This document shows positions 39,791 through 53,810 of a stretch of 64,000 bases of DNA, one piece after another. The stretch's first letter is position 1, and every line of letters begins with the position of its first letter. Location of the stretch: contig NC_043018.1 of assembly GCF_006345805.1 (NCBI RefSeq), positions 6,572,001 through 6,636,000 on the forward strand. The letters run 5' to 3'. Source of the DNA: Octopus sinensis (taxonomy: Eukaryota). Both the position numbers and the translations under genes were made by a program. Under the pieces are notes generated by a model. The model saw only the letters and a list, made by a program, of their open reading frames with translations. It had not been told where the DNA came from and did not search any database.

Positions 39791-39989
39791 CTCTCTAATG
39801 AGAGAGGGCAGTAATATTAAAAAAGGTGGCTTTATACTAATGAGACTACTACAAGACTAATTCATACTACCTCATATGTAACTAAATGATTTATTTGGGC
39901 AAAGCTGACAGAGGATATTCAATGGCAAGTCATCACCATCCGGTAGAGCTTCTTGAGACAATTTTAACCTGCACGTTTCATGTCTCAGT

Positions 39990-40420
39990 TCTGCATCAGA
40001 GAGACATTTAGTGTCTCTGGTGAGTTGATCTGGAATGGAAGCACTCCGTCGGTTACGACGACGAGGGTTTCGGTTGATCCGATCTACGGAACAGCCTGCT
40101 TGTGAAATTAACGTGTAAGTGGCTGAGCACTCCACAGACACGTGTACCCTTAACGTAGTTCTCGGGGATATTCAGTGTGACACAGACAGTGACAAGGCCG
40201 GCCTTTTGAAATACAGGTACAACAGAAACAGGAAGTAAGAGTGAGAGAAAGTTGTGGTGAAAGAGTACAGCAAGGATCACCACCATCCCTGCCGGAGCCT
40301 CGTGGAGCTTTAGGTGTTTTCGCTCAATAAACACTCACAACGCCCGGTCTGGGAATTGAAACCGCGATCCTACAACCGCGAGTCCGCTGCCTTAACCACT
40401 GGGCCATTGCGCCTCCACAT
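39990..40420 (-). mobile_element. SINE with an E-type head joined to a C-type 3' module
   Basis: E head at 40320-40420; C-type module gtggctgagcactccacagacacgtgtaccct at ~40100-40230. Confidence 0.75.
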
Positions 40421-40567
40421 GAGTTGATCTACATATGTTTGGATGACCTGCTTGAATACAGCCATGCTTTGGCATCCATAGCAGTAAGCCACCCACCAGC
40501 TCTTCTTTAGCTTGTCTGCAGTCCCACAAAGCAGCAGCACCTTTCTCTTATAATAATATAATATAAA

Positions 40568-41432
40568 TGTTCCTTCTCGAGCCATGCCAGGCTCATAAGG
40601 GCCGGTTTCCCGGTTTCAGTTGCATAGAAATTCCCCCACCTGGACAGGATGCTAGTCCGTCGCAGGATTACTCATTTTTGCCAACTGAGTGGACTGGAGC
40701 AACGTGAAATGAAGTGTTTTGCTCAAGAACACAACACATCGCCCGGTCCAGGAATCGAAACCACAACCTTACGATCATGAGTTCAACACCTTAACCACTA
40801 AGCCACGTGCCTATACTTTCTCTTATAATGGCAATTACTATATATATGCATATATGATATACTGGCATTGGCATGCCATTGCTTATGGTGTGGAGGAACA
40901 TGGCCTAGTTGTTAGAGCAGCGGACTTGCGGTAGAGGGATCACAGGTTCGAATCTCAGATCGGGCGATATGTGTGTTTATGAGCGAAACACCTAAGCTCC
41001 ATGCGGCTCCGGCAGAAGGTAATGGAGAACCTTCCAGGTGTCCTGTCCAGGTGAGGAACCTATACGCCAAGGAAACCGGGAAACCGGCTCTTATGAGCCA
41101 GGCATGGCTTGAGAAGGAACAAACAACATTGTTTATGGTGGCAAGGTTTCTAGTTCATCCAATCAACAGAACAACCTGCTCATAAAATTAACGAGCAAGT
41201 GGCTGAGTATTCCACAGACACACGTACACTTGACGTAGTTCTCAGGGAACATGACACAGAGTGTAACAAAGCTGGCCCTTTCAAATACAGGTACAACTCA
41301 TATTAGGCATCTGAGTGAACAGGAGCAACATGAAATAAAGTATCTTACTCAAGGGCACATGTCACCAGAATTGAACTCACGACCTCACAGTCGTAAGCTG
41401 AACACCCTAACCACTAAGCCACGTGCCTTCAC
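40568..41432. mobile_element. SINE cluster: C (-, 40568-40812), E-type (+, 40890-41125), C (-, 41150-41432)
   Basis: tRNA-like heads at each; a 49-nt tail is shared in inverted orientation by the first two. Confidence 0.8.
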
Positions 41433-41659
41433 ATATATAATATATAACATATGTGCGTTTCTAAGCATTATTCAGTCAGTAAATGATTTCTTATCATTAA
41501 AATAGAATTATTATTAATTATCTGCTGCTTCCGTATCATCAAAATGATGACAGATTTTTATTAATTATAGACAATACTTATCAGTTCAAATGAAATTAAT
41601 TATTCAAGTCTTTCCTTCAATTTGAAAAATATCTTCTAAGCCATATAATGTAGTCCACA

Positions 41660-41688
41660 TATCTATATATCTGTCTATCCATCTATCC

Positions 41689-41747
<59 letters not shown>

Positions 41748-41776
41748 CATCTATCTGTTTATCTATCTATCTATCC

Positions 41777-41831
<55 letters not shown>

Positions 41832-41975
41832 CATCTATCTATCTATCCTTGATAACAATAATATATAACAAATACCTTTTTATTTATTCATCTATCTATT
41901 AATCTGCCTGTCTGTCCAGCTATATATCTCTCTATCTATCTATAATAACAATCTATATGTTTATGTACCTGTCTG

Positions 41976-42044
<69 letters not shown>

Positions 42045-42110
42045 TTAGCTAGCTAGCTAGCTATCTATCGTCTTTCTATCGATCTTTATATCTATCTACC
42101 TATCTATCTT
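41660..42110. repeat. (TATC)n microsatellite
   Basis: Direct inspection. Confidence 0.95.
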
Positions 42111-42114
42111 CTAT

Positions 42115-42312
42115 AGGGAGAGTTTAGGAAAAAAATCAAAAGACGAAGACAGGTGGTGTACAAAACAAACAGATGTATTAGTATAACGCTCAGGAATAGA
42201 AAAAGTCTTTTACGTTTCGAGCCTACACTCTTCTACAGAAAGGGACACAGAAAAAACAAGGAAGAAACAAGGAGAGAAAAAATGTGTGTAGTGGCTAACG
42301 ATCTATCATGGC
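42115..42312 (-). mobile_element. Family F copy 2, with hammerhead-like motif at 42205-42246
   Basis: Minus strand gtcccttt-ctgtaga-a-gagtgtaggctc-gaaacgta-aaagac. Confidence 0.85.
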
Positions 42313-42779
42313 GATATCTTCTATATTATATACCAACACCACCACCACCACCACCACCAACAACTTTATCACCAAGGACGAGGTGGTGATGTTAAAACAA
42401 GCACCAAGATTAAATCAACTACCCAGGACCTCAAAACACAAAGGGCCAGTTTGAATACCACAAGGTATCTCATCCAATGCACCAAAAATCTCTTTAATCC
42501 AATACCTTCGATTTGGACTGAAAAGGTTGAAAAACAATTTTGACTTCACTGAGGTTTGAACTCAAGATGTAGAGAGTTAAAACAAAATATTTCGCAAATT
42601 ATTTTATCCTACACTTTTAATGACTCTGCCAGACCATCATCTGTAATTACAACAAGGTGAACTGTACTCTACTGGGGTATCTATTAAGGGTGAAACGAAC
42701 TCTCTTGCGTTGGGGTAATTTATTTACAGTTAGGGTAGATTGTTCTGGGTGGCATCCAAGTAATTGGCTGTGTCTGTCA

Positions 42780-43490
42780 TGGGGTGATGATGATGATGAT
42801 GATGATGACGAGAAGGAGGACGGTGGTGACGGTGGTGGTGGTGATGGTTGTAGTGATAATGATAATGATGTTGATGATGATGGTAGTGGTGATAATGATG
42901 ATGATGACGGTGGTGGTAGTGGTGGTGATGGTGATGGTAATGATGATAATGGTGGTGGTGGTGGCGATGATGATGATGAGGAGGAGGATGGTGGTGATGA
43001 TGGTTGTAGTGGTAGTGATAATGATGATGATGGTGGTGGTGGTGGTGGCAGAATCATTAGCACGTCAGGTGAAATGCTTAGCGGTATTTTGTCTGCTGTT
43101 ACGTTGTGAGTTCAAATTCCGCCAAGGTCGACTTTACCTTTCATCTTTTCGGGGTTGATAAATTAAGTACCAGTTACGCATTGGGGTCGATGTAATCGAC
43201 TTAATACCTATGTCTGTCCTTGTTTGTCCCCTCTATGTTTAGCCCCTTGTGGGTAATAAAGAAATAGGTAATAATGATGATGACAATAATGATGGTGATG
43301 GTGGTGGTGGTGGTGGTGGTGTTGGTGGTGGTGGCGATGATGACAATGATGATGGTGGTGGGGGGTTTTAGTGGTAATGACGATGAAGATGATGATGGTG
43401 ATAATGGTGATGATGATGACAACCCAATGACAATGACGATGAAGACGAGACGGCAGTGTTGCCTCTGATGCTGTTGGTGGTGATAATGAT
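42780..43490. repeat. (GAT/GGT)n block containing SINE D (+, 43047-43270)
   Basis: D head ggcagaatcattagcacgtcaggtgaaatgcttagcgg. Confidence 0.85.
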
Positions 43491-43789
43491 ACTATCATTT
43501 CTACATTCCAATTAACAAATAACAATTAACACAGTGCAATTAACAGAATGTAATTAATAAAACTAGTACAACTAATCTACTGTTACAACTAAAACCACAA
43601 TAATTGCTTAATTGCAATCAAATGGTCAACAGGGCCAGCACTGAGATAACTACTAATTAATATAGTACAATTAGTATAGACTTTAGTTAATGGACTAATA
43701 AACTACAACTAGCTAAAAGACAATTTCTTAAATAGTTAATTAATAAACAATAATTATTGACTATTCTTGGCACATACTGTTGGACATGA

Positions 43790-43797
43790 TTTCATAG

Positions 43798-43828
<31 letters not shown>

Positions 43829-44400
43829 TGCTCTTTCTTTCTCTCCCCTCTCTCTCTCTCTCTCTCTCTCTTTTGCTCTTTCTTTCTCTCTTTCAGTTTC
43901 CTTGTCTGTCACTTTCTTTTTCTTTTTCTCTCTCTACTTCTCTTTCACATCCTTTTCTCTTTCTGCTTCTCTGTCTTCCTCTTTCTTTCTTTCTTTCTCG
44001 TTCTCTCTCAATTCATCTTACCTCTCCTCCTCTCTCCCCTCTATCTGTCTTTCTGTCTCTCTCCGTTCATCCTCTCTGTCTCTTTCACTTCGTCTTCCCT
44101 CTCCCCCTCTATCTGTCTTCTGTCTCTCTCCGTTCATCCTCTCTGTCTCTTTCACTTCGTCTTCCCTCTCCCCCTCTATCTGTCTTCCTGTCTCTCCCTA
44201 TTTCTCTCTCTTTTTCTCTACCTTCCTTTTGTCTCTCTCCCCTCTCTCTGTGTCTCTTTATCTTTCTATCTTTCTCTCCCCCTTTCTTTCTCTCTCTCTT
44301 CTTTCTTTCATTCCCTCTCTCTCTGTCTCTGTCTCACTCTGTCCCTCATTCTTTCTCCCTTTCTCTCTCTTTCATTCTCTCTCTGTGTCTCTCTCTTTTC
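43790..44400. repeat. (TC)-rich polypyrimidine block with a ~68-bp internal tandem unit
   Basis: ctctccgttcatcctctctgtctctttcacttcgtcttccctctcccc occurs twice. Confidence 0.9.
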
Positions 44401-44859
44401 AATCAATGTTGAAATATTTAATTAACTGTAAACATATTCAAGAACACAATGACAGCACCACCAACACCACCTCAAACACAAGCAACACTACTGCCACCAC
44501 CACCATGAAACATCATCACCACCAGCATCAAAATCGCCACCACCACCACCACTACCATCACCACCACAACCTTAATCACTGTTCATATCTTCATTAAAAC
44601 TCCATTTTTACACTTCCCTAATTAAGATGTCATTGTTAATATTGTTGTGCATCCCATTGCAGCACTACTTGCATGTCATGCAATCCTCCTGTCACACATG
44701 CAATACCACTGAAAGGTGGTGGTGGTCATGGTGGTGCCAGGGCTACATTTACCTTTAGTTCCCTCTTTCAGTCTCTTTCACTCACTTACTATCTCTTGCC
44801 AGTTTGTATGTATGTATGTACTAACATATATACAAATATAGACATACGTACATATATAC

Positions 44860-44863
44860 ATGC

Positions 44864-44924
<61 letters not shown>

Positions 44925-45060
44925 CCTATCTATTTATCTACCTATCTATCTATCTATCTATCTACCTATCTATTTATCTACCTATCTATCTATCTATCTA
45001 TCTACCTACCTACCTACCTACCTACCTATTTACCTATCTGTCTATCTATCTATCTATCTG

Positions 45061-45094
<34 letters not shown>

Positions 45095-45150
45095 AATCAA
45101 TCTCTCTCTCTCTCTCTCTCTCGATATATATATATATATATATATAACAT
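44860..45150. repeat. (TATC)n/(TACC)n microsatellite
   Basis: Direct inspection. Confidence 0.95.
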
Positions 45151-45577
45151 ACTTACACCTCTCGGTAATAACACACATGCATGCTCTACAGGGTGCATTT
45201 TAATTAGTCTTAGCAAGGTATTTTCATCAAAAGTGCTCAATAAATATTCATAAAATTACTACTTATTTAGTGCCTAAAAAAATTCTGTAACAGAGTGGAA
45301 GGATGATGGGAAAATATTGAATTCTGATTCATGATATCAGGAAAATGTGAAATCTTAACTCATGACTAGTTAACCCATATATGTAACAACACGTGTGCTG
45401 TTGGCAAGTTTTTGACTTCCTTAGACTTTTCCTTTTTTTCCCTTTCTGATGAAGAGCTATGCTTGAATTGTCAAAAACTCTCTCTTCTTACTGAGAGTCA
45501 AACCAATATATTCCATGTGCACATCCTCTTGTTGTTTATTATTGTTATTTTTATTTGATTTGGCTATATACATACAT

Positions 45578-45613
<36 letters not shown>

Positions 45614-45693
45614 GTGTGTAATTCTAAGATGTGTTTTGGAGAACATAAGAATAACGGAAAATGGAGACAAATGCTCAAGATGTTATTTAAATT

Positions 45694-46110
45694 GGCGCAG
45701 GAGTGGCTATGTGGTAAGTAGCTTGCTAACCAACCACATGGTTCCAAGTTCAGTCCCACTGCGTGGCATCTTGGGCAAGTATCTTCTGCTATAGCCCGGG
45801 CCGACCAATGCCTTGTGAGTGGATTTGGTAGACGGAAACTGAAAGAAGCCCGTCGTATATATGTATATATATATATATATGTGTGTATGTGTGTTTGTGT
45901 GTCTGTGTTTGTCCCCCTAGCATTGCTTGACAACCGATGCTGGTGTGTTTACGTCCCCGTCACTTAGCGGTTCGGCAAAAGAGACCGATAGAATAAGTAC
46001 TGGGCTTACAAAGAATAAGTCCCGGGGTCAATTTGCTCGACTAAAGGCAGTGCTCCAGCATGGCTGCAGTCAAATGACTGAAACAAGTAAAAGAGTAAAA
46101 GAGTAAAGAG
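45694..46110 (+). mobile_element. SINE family A, best-preserved full-length copy
   Basis: Pol III A box tggctatgtgg, B-box-like gttcagtcc, core ccttgggcaagt, internal (TA)/(TG) tract, (gagtaaaa)n tail. Confidence 0.92.
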
Positions 46111-46569
46111 CAAATCATTTATAAAACCATATCACCTACATATGTTTCGATTGATGCATTATAATAAATCTGAGAGGAAGAATGTGGAAAAGTGTGCATC
46201 AACCTCATCAGAGTACATATCAATAAGTCATATCTGTAAAAATGACTTATTGATGAACACTGTTGTTTATAATATCCTTCTTGATAAGATTGATGCATTT
46301 TTCCACATTATTCTTCCTCACGGATTTATTTTAATGCATCAATCGAAACATATGTAGGTGATATGATGATATCACCTACATGGAAGACAGATGTTAAACA
46401 ACGATGATGATAAGATAATGATGATGATGAAGATGATGGTGATGATGAAGATGATGATGATGGTATATGCGTGTGAGTGTGTGTACAGTAGAAAACAATT
46501 GCTCAAGTATTGTTGCGGTGTGCCCAAAACTACAAAAAACTACATGGTTAAAAAGCCAGTTTCTCAACT

Positions 46570-46975
46570 ACACAACCATGTTTGCATCCTCCTCCTCCTC
46601 TGCATCATCTTCCACATCCTCATCCTTATCATTATCCACATCATCTTCCTCATCATCATCATTATCCTTATCCTCCTCATCAGCATCATCATCTTCATCA
46701 GCATCAACATCCTCATCAGCATCAACCTCCTCCTCATCATCCTCATCCTCCCATCATCATCCTTATCATCCTCCTCATCATCATCATCCTCACCCTCCCC
46801 ATCATCATCCTTATCGTCCTCCTCATCATCATCCTCATACACATCAGCATCCCTTATCATCATCATCATTGTCATTGCTGTCATCATCATCATCCTTGTC
46901 GTCATCGTCATTGCTACCATCATCATCATCGTCATCATCGTCATCATCATCATCATCATCGTCGTCGTCATTTAA
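46570..46975. repeat. (CAT/CCT)n low-complexity block
   Basis: Direct inspection. Confidence 0.95.
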
Positions 46976-47499
46976 TGTCCGTTTCCCATGCTGGTATGGG
47001 TTGCACTGTTACACATGTGCAACAGAACAAAATTTTACATCGAACATACTATAACACAACACAACATAACACAACACAAGATATCATAGTATATCATAAC
47101 AATCATTGACATTGAAACCAACAATACTTGCTGCGATAGTATACCATTGTTCGGTAAAGGCAGATAAGCAATTATGTGTCTTGGAATAGAGGAGAGAAGA
47201 ATTAAAAATCCCTGCGTGGAACAATTCATAGCACACTCCTATCCATTAAGCAAAAGATACAAGGTTATAACGCCATTATACTGACGACGTTTACAAATAT
47301 ATATTGCATTTATATCCGTATTAATATCTGTTAATATCATAATTGTTAATTTGCAGTATACACGTATAGAATTCCATAGATTTCTACATACATAATAGAT
47401 ACTTGTAATCATATATTATTTTTTTATCAATAAGTATATCTATTACTCTCTTTCTCTTGTTCTCTCTCCCTCTCTCTTTCTCTATCTTTATGTATATAT

Positions 47500-47556
47500 A
47501 TAATATATATATATATATGTATGCACACCACACACACACACACACACACCACACAC

Positions 47557-47604
<48 letters not shown>

Positions 47605-47826
47605 TACGTGTATATATATAAATGTATGTATTTATATATGTTAATAGATATGTGTATATGTTGATATATATATATATGTATATGTATATATCTATGTATA
47701 GATGTATATACATATATATATATATATATATATAATATATATATACATATATATATGCATATATAGAGAGATATATGCATATATATAGAGAGATATATGC
47801 GAATATATATATATATACACACACAC

Positions 47827-47916
<90 letters not shown>

Positions 47917-47970
47917 TATATACATGCATACATATATACATGCATATTTATATACATACATACATACATA

Positions 47971-48010
<40 letters not shown>

Positions 48011-48020
48011 TATATATATA
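47500..48020. repeat. (TA)n microsatellite field
   Basis: Direct inspection. Confidence 0.95.
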
Positions 48021-48291
48021 GATAATTCACTAGGTGATGCTTCACTAGTGCTTCATTACATCTCTGTATGTCCTCATCAAAGACAGAAATTGCTTATTTT
48101 CTCTTTCAATGAGATACAGAAATGGATTAAAAGCAAATTGTAATGTGTCCTGGCATCATTTACTCAATAGAATATATTTTTCCTCTACATTTGAAAATAA
48201 TTCCATTGAGAACTTTGTTGAATTATACTCGACTTGGTATCAGATAATAGATTTATATAACAAATGTCTACGTATATATATATATATATGC

Positions 48292-48322
<31 letters not shown>

Positions 48323-48324
48323 CA

Positions 48325-48545
48325 TGTTCCCCTCCAAAGTACAAGTCTGGGCAAACTTGTTTGTGGAAGACCAGCAGTCGCCCATGCATGCCAGCCTCTT
48401 CTCTCTGTGGCACCGATGTTATCCAAGGAAAAGGCAAAGGTCAATACATCTTGGCACCAGTGATGTTGCAACTCATGTCTACAACTGAGTGAACTGGAGC
48501 AATGTGAAATAAAGTGTCTTGCTCAAGAACACAACACACACCCCA
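48325..48545 (-). mobile_element. SINE family C, partial
   Basis: Reverse-complement homologue of 33955-34270. Confidence 0.75.
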
Positions 48546-48664
48546 GTCCTTGGAGGGTATCGTTCACAGTGCAATCCCATAGTCATTCCTGACCGAAGGG
48601 GTTCTTTCCCCTTTTTATCCCTTCCCTGAAGTTGCTGGATGTGTGCCAAAGTTTAAAACCAATA

Positions 48665-49085
48665 TCTATTTCTTTACTACCCACAAGGGGCTAAACACAG
48701 AGAGGACAGACAAGGACAGACAAACGGTTTAAGTCAATTATATCGACCCCAGTGCATAACTGGTACTTAATTTATCGACCCCGAAAAGATGAAAGGCAAA
48801 GTCGACCTCAGCGGAATTTGAACTCAGAACGTAACGGCAGACGAAATACCTATTTCTTTATTACCCACAAGGGGCTAAACACAGAGAGGACAAACAAGGA
48901 CAGATAAACGGAATAAGTCGATTATATCGACCCCAGTGCATCACTGGTACTTAATTTATCGACCCCGAAAAGATGAAATGCAAAGTCGACCTCATCGGAA
49001 TTTGAACTTAGAACGTAGCGGCAGACGAAATACGGCTACACATTTTGCCCCGCATGCTAACGGTTCTGCCAGCTTGCTGCCTTTC
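48665..49085 (-). mobile_element. SINE family D with tandemly duplicated 3' half
   Basis: ctatttcttta(c/t)tacccacaaggggctaaacacagagagg occurs at 48666 and 48850. Confidence 0.88.
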
Positions 49086-49539
49086 AAAGTCTGAAACCAA
49101 TATCATTTTAACGGAGTTCAGCAGGCAGAACCATTAGCACACCCAGACAAATTGCTTTCAGAGTTGATAAGATAATGTAAGGGTCAAGTACTGGGGGGTC
49201 TATGTGATTCTCTAACCCCATTTTCACTTAAAGTTACAGACCCTGTGCAAAAACATGTGACAGTTATTTTCATGAATGTAACAAACTCATTGACACCAAC
49301 AACAACAACAGCTTTTGGAACAAGTATAGCAATGATGACGGCAGGCACAACAATAACAACAACAACAACAATGATGATAGCAGCTGTAACAATGGCAGCA
49401 ACAAGAAAACAACAACAACAGGAGGAACATCAATAACAACAACATCAATAACAACAACATCAATAACAACATGTACAACAAAAACAGTAAAAGTACTCTC
49501 CACAATTAATTGACATTTGAGATAGGAAGTGTGACATGG

Positions 49540-49680
49540 AATATTAATAGATATTATTGTTGTTGTTGCTGTTGTTGTTATTGTTATTATTATTATTATT
49601 GTTATTATTATCATTATTATTATTATTATTATTATTGTTATTATTATTATTATCATTATTATTATTATTATTATTATTAC
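49540..49680. repeat. (TTA/TTG)n microsatellite
   Basis: Direct inspection. Confidence 0.95.
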
Positions 49681-50057
49681 AAGATATCGCATAAAGAGAT
49701 AATGTCAAGTTGTGCTGTATTGTGGTGAGAGAGCTGTGGGATATCTGAGCTATCATATCTTAAAAGACGAGTGTGTGTGTGTGTGTGTATGTATGTACAA
49801 ATATGAGTCCATGTATGTATATGTATATATTCAAAGAAGTAGATATACGCATGTGTGTGTGTGTGTGTGTGTGTGTATGCGCTTGTTTGTGTGTGTATGT
49901 ACATATAAATTTCTGCACATGTATATACATGCATAATGTGTGTGTGTACATATGTATATATTTATGTATATGTATTTATGTATTAGTGTGCATGTATGTG
50001 TCTGTGGTGCTGTGTACATGTGCGTGCAAGCATATATTTGTGTGTGTGTATGTGTGT

Positions 50058-50107
<50 letters not shown>

Positions 50108-50109
50108 TT

Positions 50110-50516
50110 ATAGGTGCAGGCATGGCTGTGTGGTAAGAAGCTTGCTTCCCAACCACTTGGTTCCAGGTTCAGTCCCACTGCATGGCATCTTGGGCAAATA
50201 TTTTCTGCTATAGCTTTGGGCCAACCGAAGCCTTGTGAGTGGATTTGGCAGACAGAAACTGAAAGAAGCTTGTCGTAAATATATATGTATATATCTTTAT
50301 GTGTGTGTCTTTGCATCTGTGTTTGTCCTCTAACCATCACTTGACAACCAGTGTCGGTGTGTTTATGTTCCCATAACTTAGCAGCTCAATAAAACAAACT
50401 GATAGAATAAGTAATAGGCTTAAATAAATAAGTCCCAGAGAAAATTTGTTCAATTAAAGGCCTTCAAGGTGGTGTTCTAGCATGGCCACAATCAGCTGAA
50501 TAAAACAAGATAAAAG
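50110..50516 (+). mobile_element. SINE family A, diverged
   Basis: Collinear with family A. Confidence 0.85.
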
Positions 50517-50631
50517 ATATATATATATATATATATATAATTATTTGAGGGAATATTATTCCTAACTTACATGGAAAAATTCAATTTAGAAATACTAAAT
50601 CAAATTTCACAAAATATAATATATATATATA

Positions 50632-50790
50632 TATATAAAAATTAGAAAAATCACCCTTCATCAATTCAAAATGAACAATTAAATTACACCATCTAGAAAA
50701 TTACATATAATAGAAATATAATTTTCTAGATGGTGTAATTTAATTGTTCATTTTGAATTGATAAAAGGTGGTTTTTCTAGTTTATATATA
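50632..50790. repeat. Fold-back hairpin with a 44-bp perfect core
   Basis: 50660-50703 is the exact reverse complement of 50719-50762. Confidence 0.92.
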
Positions 50791-51094
50791 TATATACATA
50801 CACACACACACACACACACACGTATGTGTATCTATATATGTGTATGTATATATATATATGTGAGTGTGTGTGTGTCTGTGTATGTATAGGTGTGTGCACT
50901 TGTATATGTTGGTGTATATAAACATTTGAGTGAGTGTGAATGTGCATATGTATGTGAAGGTGTGTAGATTTAAATATGTGTTTATGTGCATACAAGAATG
51001 TGTGTGTGGTTGACTTTACATTTCATCTTGTCAGGGTCAATGAAATAAGTACCAGTTGTTTTCTGGGGTCAATGTAATTGATTTGCTCCTTACC

Positions 51095-51690
51095 CTATTA
51101 TTGTTATCAGTGAGAGAGCAGTACATGCCATCAAAATGACACGATGGCGGGGTATAAATGAACAAAACCCAATATACCCATCATGACTACCCATCTGATG
51201 AGGGTACACCAGGCACATACATCACAACCATATGGGCACAACATGGTGATCTAGTGTCAAGATAAACAGCACATGACCTTGCAAGTGGGGCACAGTTATT
51301 TTCTTCAGGGTCAAGTAGTAACCTAGAATTTTCTTTAGGTCAAGTAGCCCATCCCACTCAAAAGGTCCTTGAATAAGGGTTGTTGTTTAAGGATATTGAA
51401 TGAAATACCTGTTTCCAAATGTGAATTATCCAAACTCCAAAGAATTCCTCTTGATATTTGACTATGATACTCCCCCACTATTTCTGCTCGTGATCAGAGA
51501 TGCACATATCATCAGCCACTGAGGGACATGCACAATTGGTTATGGTCAAACAACTGACAAGCAAATCTGTGGTATTGAGCAGAATATTTGCTGTAGCCCA
51601 TCTGTTATATCAAGACAAAACAATGTACATAATATCACTTCCAATCAGTTAAGATCAGAAGCCCTAAGAGTCACTGTCTAGTATTGCATA
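51095..51690. repeat. Probable interspersed repeat (unclassified, ~600 bp)
   Basis: Non-coding, moderately GC-rich block with a small internal duplication (ttttctt..aggtcaagtag). Resembles an octopus repeat from memory only; single copy in this window. Confidence 0.35.
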
Positions 51691-51704
51691 TTATTATTAT
51701 TATT

Positions 51705-52210
51705 AAGGTGGCAAGCTGGCAGAATCGTTAGCACGCCGGGCAAAATTCTTAGCGGTATTTCATTTGCCTTCACGTTCTGAGTTCGAATTCTGCTGGGGTT
51801 GACTTCCCTCCTTTCGAGATCGATAAATTAAGTACCAGTTATGTACTGGGGTTGATGTAATTGACTTAATCCCATCCTTCAAATTTGAGAGAGAGAGAGA
51901 GAGAGAGAGAGGAAGTGAGAGAAAGGGGCCATGGAGAAAGAGAGAGAGGGAGGGATAGAGAGGTCAAAGTAAAGTTAACTTCGATTCATGCTGACTCATA
52001 ATGACCAGTTTTCCGGTTTCATGGCGTATATATTCTCCACCTGGAGAGGATGTCAGCACCTCACAGGTTTACTCACTTTTGCTAGCTGAGTAGACTGGAA
52101 CAATGTGAAATGAAGTGTTTTGCTCAAGAACACAATGCACTGCTTGGTCCAGGAATTGAAACTAGCATCTTACAATCATGAGTCCAATACCATAACCACT
52201 AAGCTACCCG
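51705..52210. mobile_element. SINE D (+, 51705-51872) and SINE C (-, 51985-52210)
   Basis: Family heads and cores recognisable. Confidence 0.75.
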
Positions 52211-52219
52211 CTTCTACAA

Positions 52220-52730
52220 GGGATAGAGAGAGAGTGAGAGACAGAAAGAGAGGGGGAGAGAGAGAAGGATAGCGAGAGGCAGAGAGAGGGGGAAGGAAGG
52301 AGTAAAAGACAGGGGAAAAATAGAGAGAGGAAGAGAGAGAAAGGGAGAGAAGGAAAGGGAAAGAGAGACAGAAGGAGGAAGAGAGTAAGAAAAAGTGAGA
52401 GAGGTAAAAAGGAAAAGGGAGAGAAAGAGAGAAGGAGAGAGAGGATGAGAGAGAAGGAGACATAGAGAAAGAGAGAGAGCAGAGAGAGAGAAAGAGAGTG
52501 AGAAAAAGACAGGGTGAGATAGAGAAAGGAAGAGAGAAAAAGGAAGAGGAAAAAGAAGAAAGAGAGAGGGAGAGTGAGGGAGAGAGTAAGGAAAGTGAGG
52601 GGGGAAAGAGAGGGGGGAAAGAGAGAGGGGAAAAGAGAGGTAAAAAGGAAAAGGGAGACAAAGAGTGAAGGAGAGAGGATGAGAGAGGGAGAGATAGAGA
52701 GATAAAGAGAGAGAGAGAGAGAAGAATGTT
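52220..52730. repeat. (GA)-rich polypurine block
   Basis: Direct inspection. Confidence 0.95.
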
Positions 52731-53019
52731 TACCAAAGGGAATAAAGAATCGGTGAGAAACAAGAACCAGAAAGTGTTATTTACAGACATATCATCAACC
52801 AGACATTTCTACATACTGAGAATGGTACCAGCTGTTGAAATGGTAACGTTGGTATTGGCTTCATCGATAGGGGATTGTTTAGTAAAGGTGAAGACAGGGA
52901 TGAAGGGTGTCGTCTTTTTTTATTGGATTAAATTATTTTTGGGATTTTTTTGCTAAATTGTCACCACTCTCTTGACATATGTGACTTGGTGCAAGTATTT
53001 GTTGTCTGCTTCCATAACT

Positions 53020-53772
53020 TGTTCATCATCATCATCCCCCCACCACCACCACCACCATCTTCATCAACACAATCACCACCGCTGCCATCAATATCATTAT
53101 CATCATCATCATCACCACCAACACCACCACCATCATCATCATCAATGACTCCACCACCACCACCACTATCTTCATCATCAACACAATCACCACCGCTGCC
53201 ATCATCACCATGACGACCACCACCACCACCATTATCATCATCATCAACACAATCACCACCGCTGCCATCATCATCATCACCACGACGACCACCACCACCA
53301 CCACTATCTTCATCATCAACACAATCACCACCGCTGTCATCATCATCACGACCACCACCACCATTATCTTCATCATCATTAACACAACCACCACCACCAC
53401 CATTATCTTCATCATCAACAACACAATCACCACCACCACCATTATCTTCATCATCATTAACACAACCACCACCACCATTATTTCTCATCAACAACACAAT
53501 CACCACCACCACCATTTCTTCATCATCATTGACACAACACACCACCACCACCATTATCTTCATCATCAACAACACAATCACCACCGCTGTCATCATCATC
53601 ACGACCACCACCACCACCACCATTATCTTCATCATCATTAACACAACCACCACCACTACCATCATCATCATCACTGACACCACTACCACCATCACCACGG
53701 TAATCTTCTACCTGGCTGGTTGGCTGACTCCTGTAAACCATCGTACCCATACATGGAAGATGGCCGTTAAAC

Positions 53773-53803
<31 letters not shown>

Positions 53804-53810
53804 CTGTAGG
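53020..53810. repeat. (CAC/CAT)n block with ~60-bp higher-order units
   Basis: tcttcatcatcaacacaatcaccaccgctg recurs several times. Confidence 0.9.

Noticed and set aside
47275-47300. CTGACGA core-like heptamer
   Set aside because: No stem II or GAAA downstream.
52726-52956. 76-aa non-repetitive ORF between low-complexity blocks
   Set aside because: No recognisable domain and no convincing splice sites on either strand.
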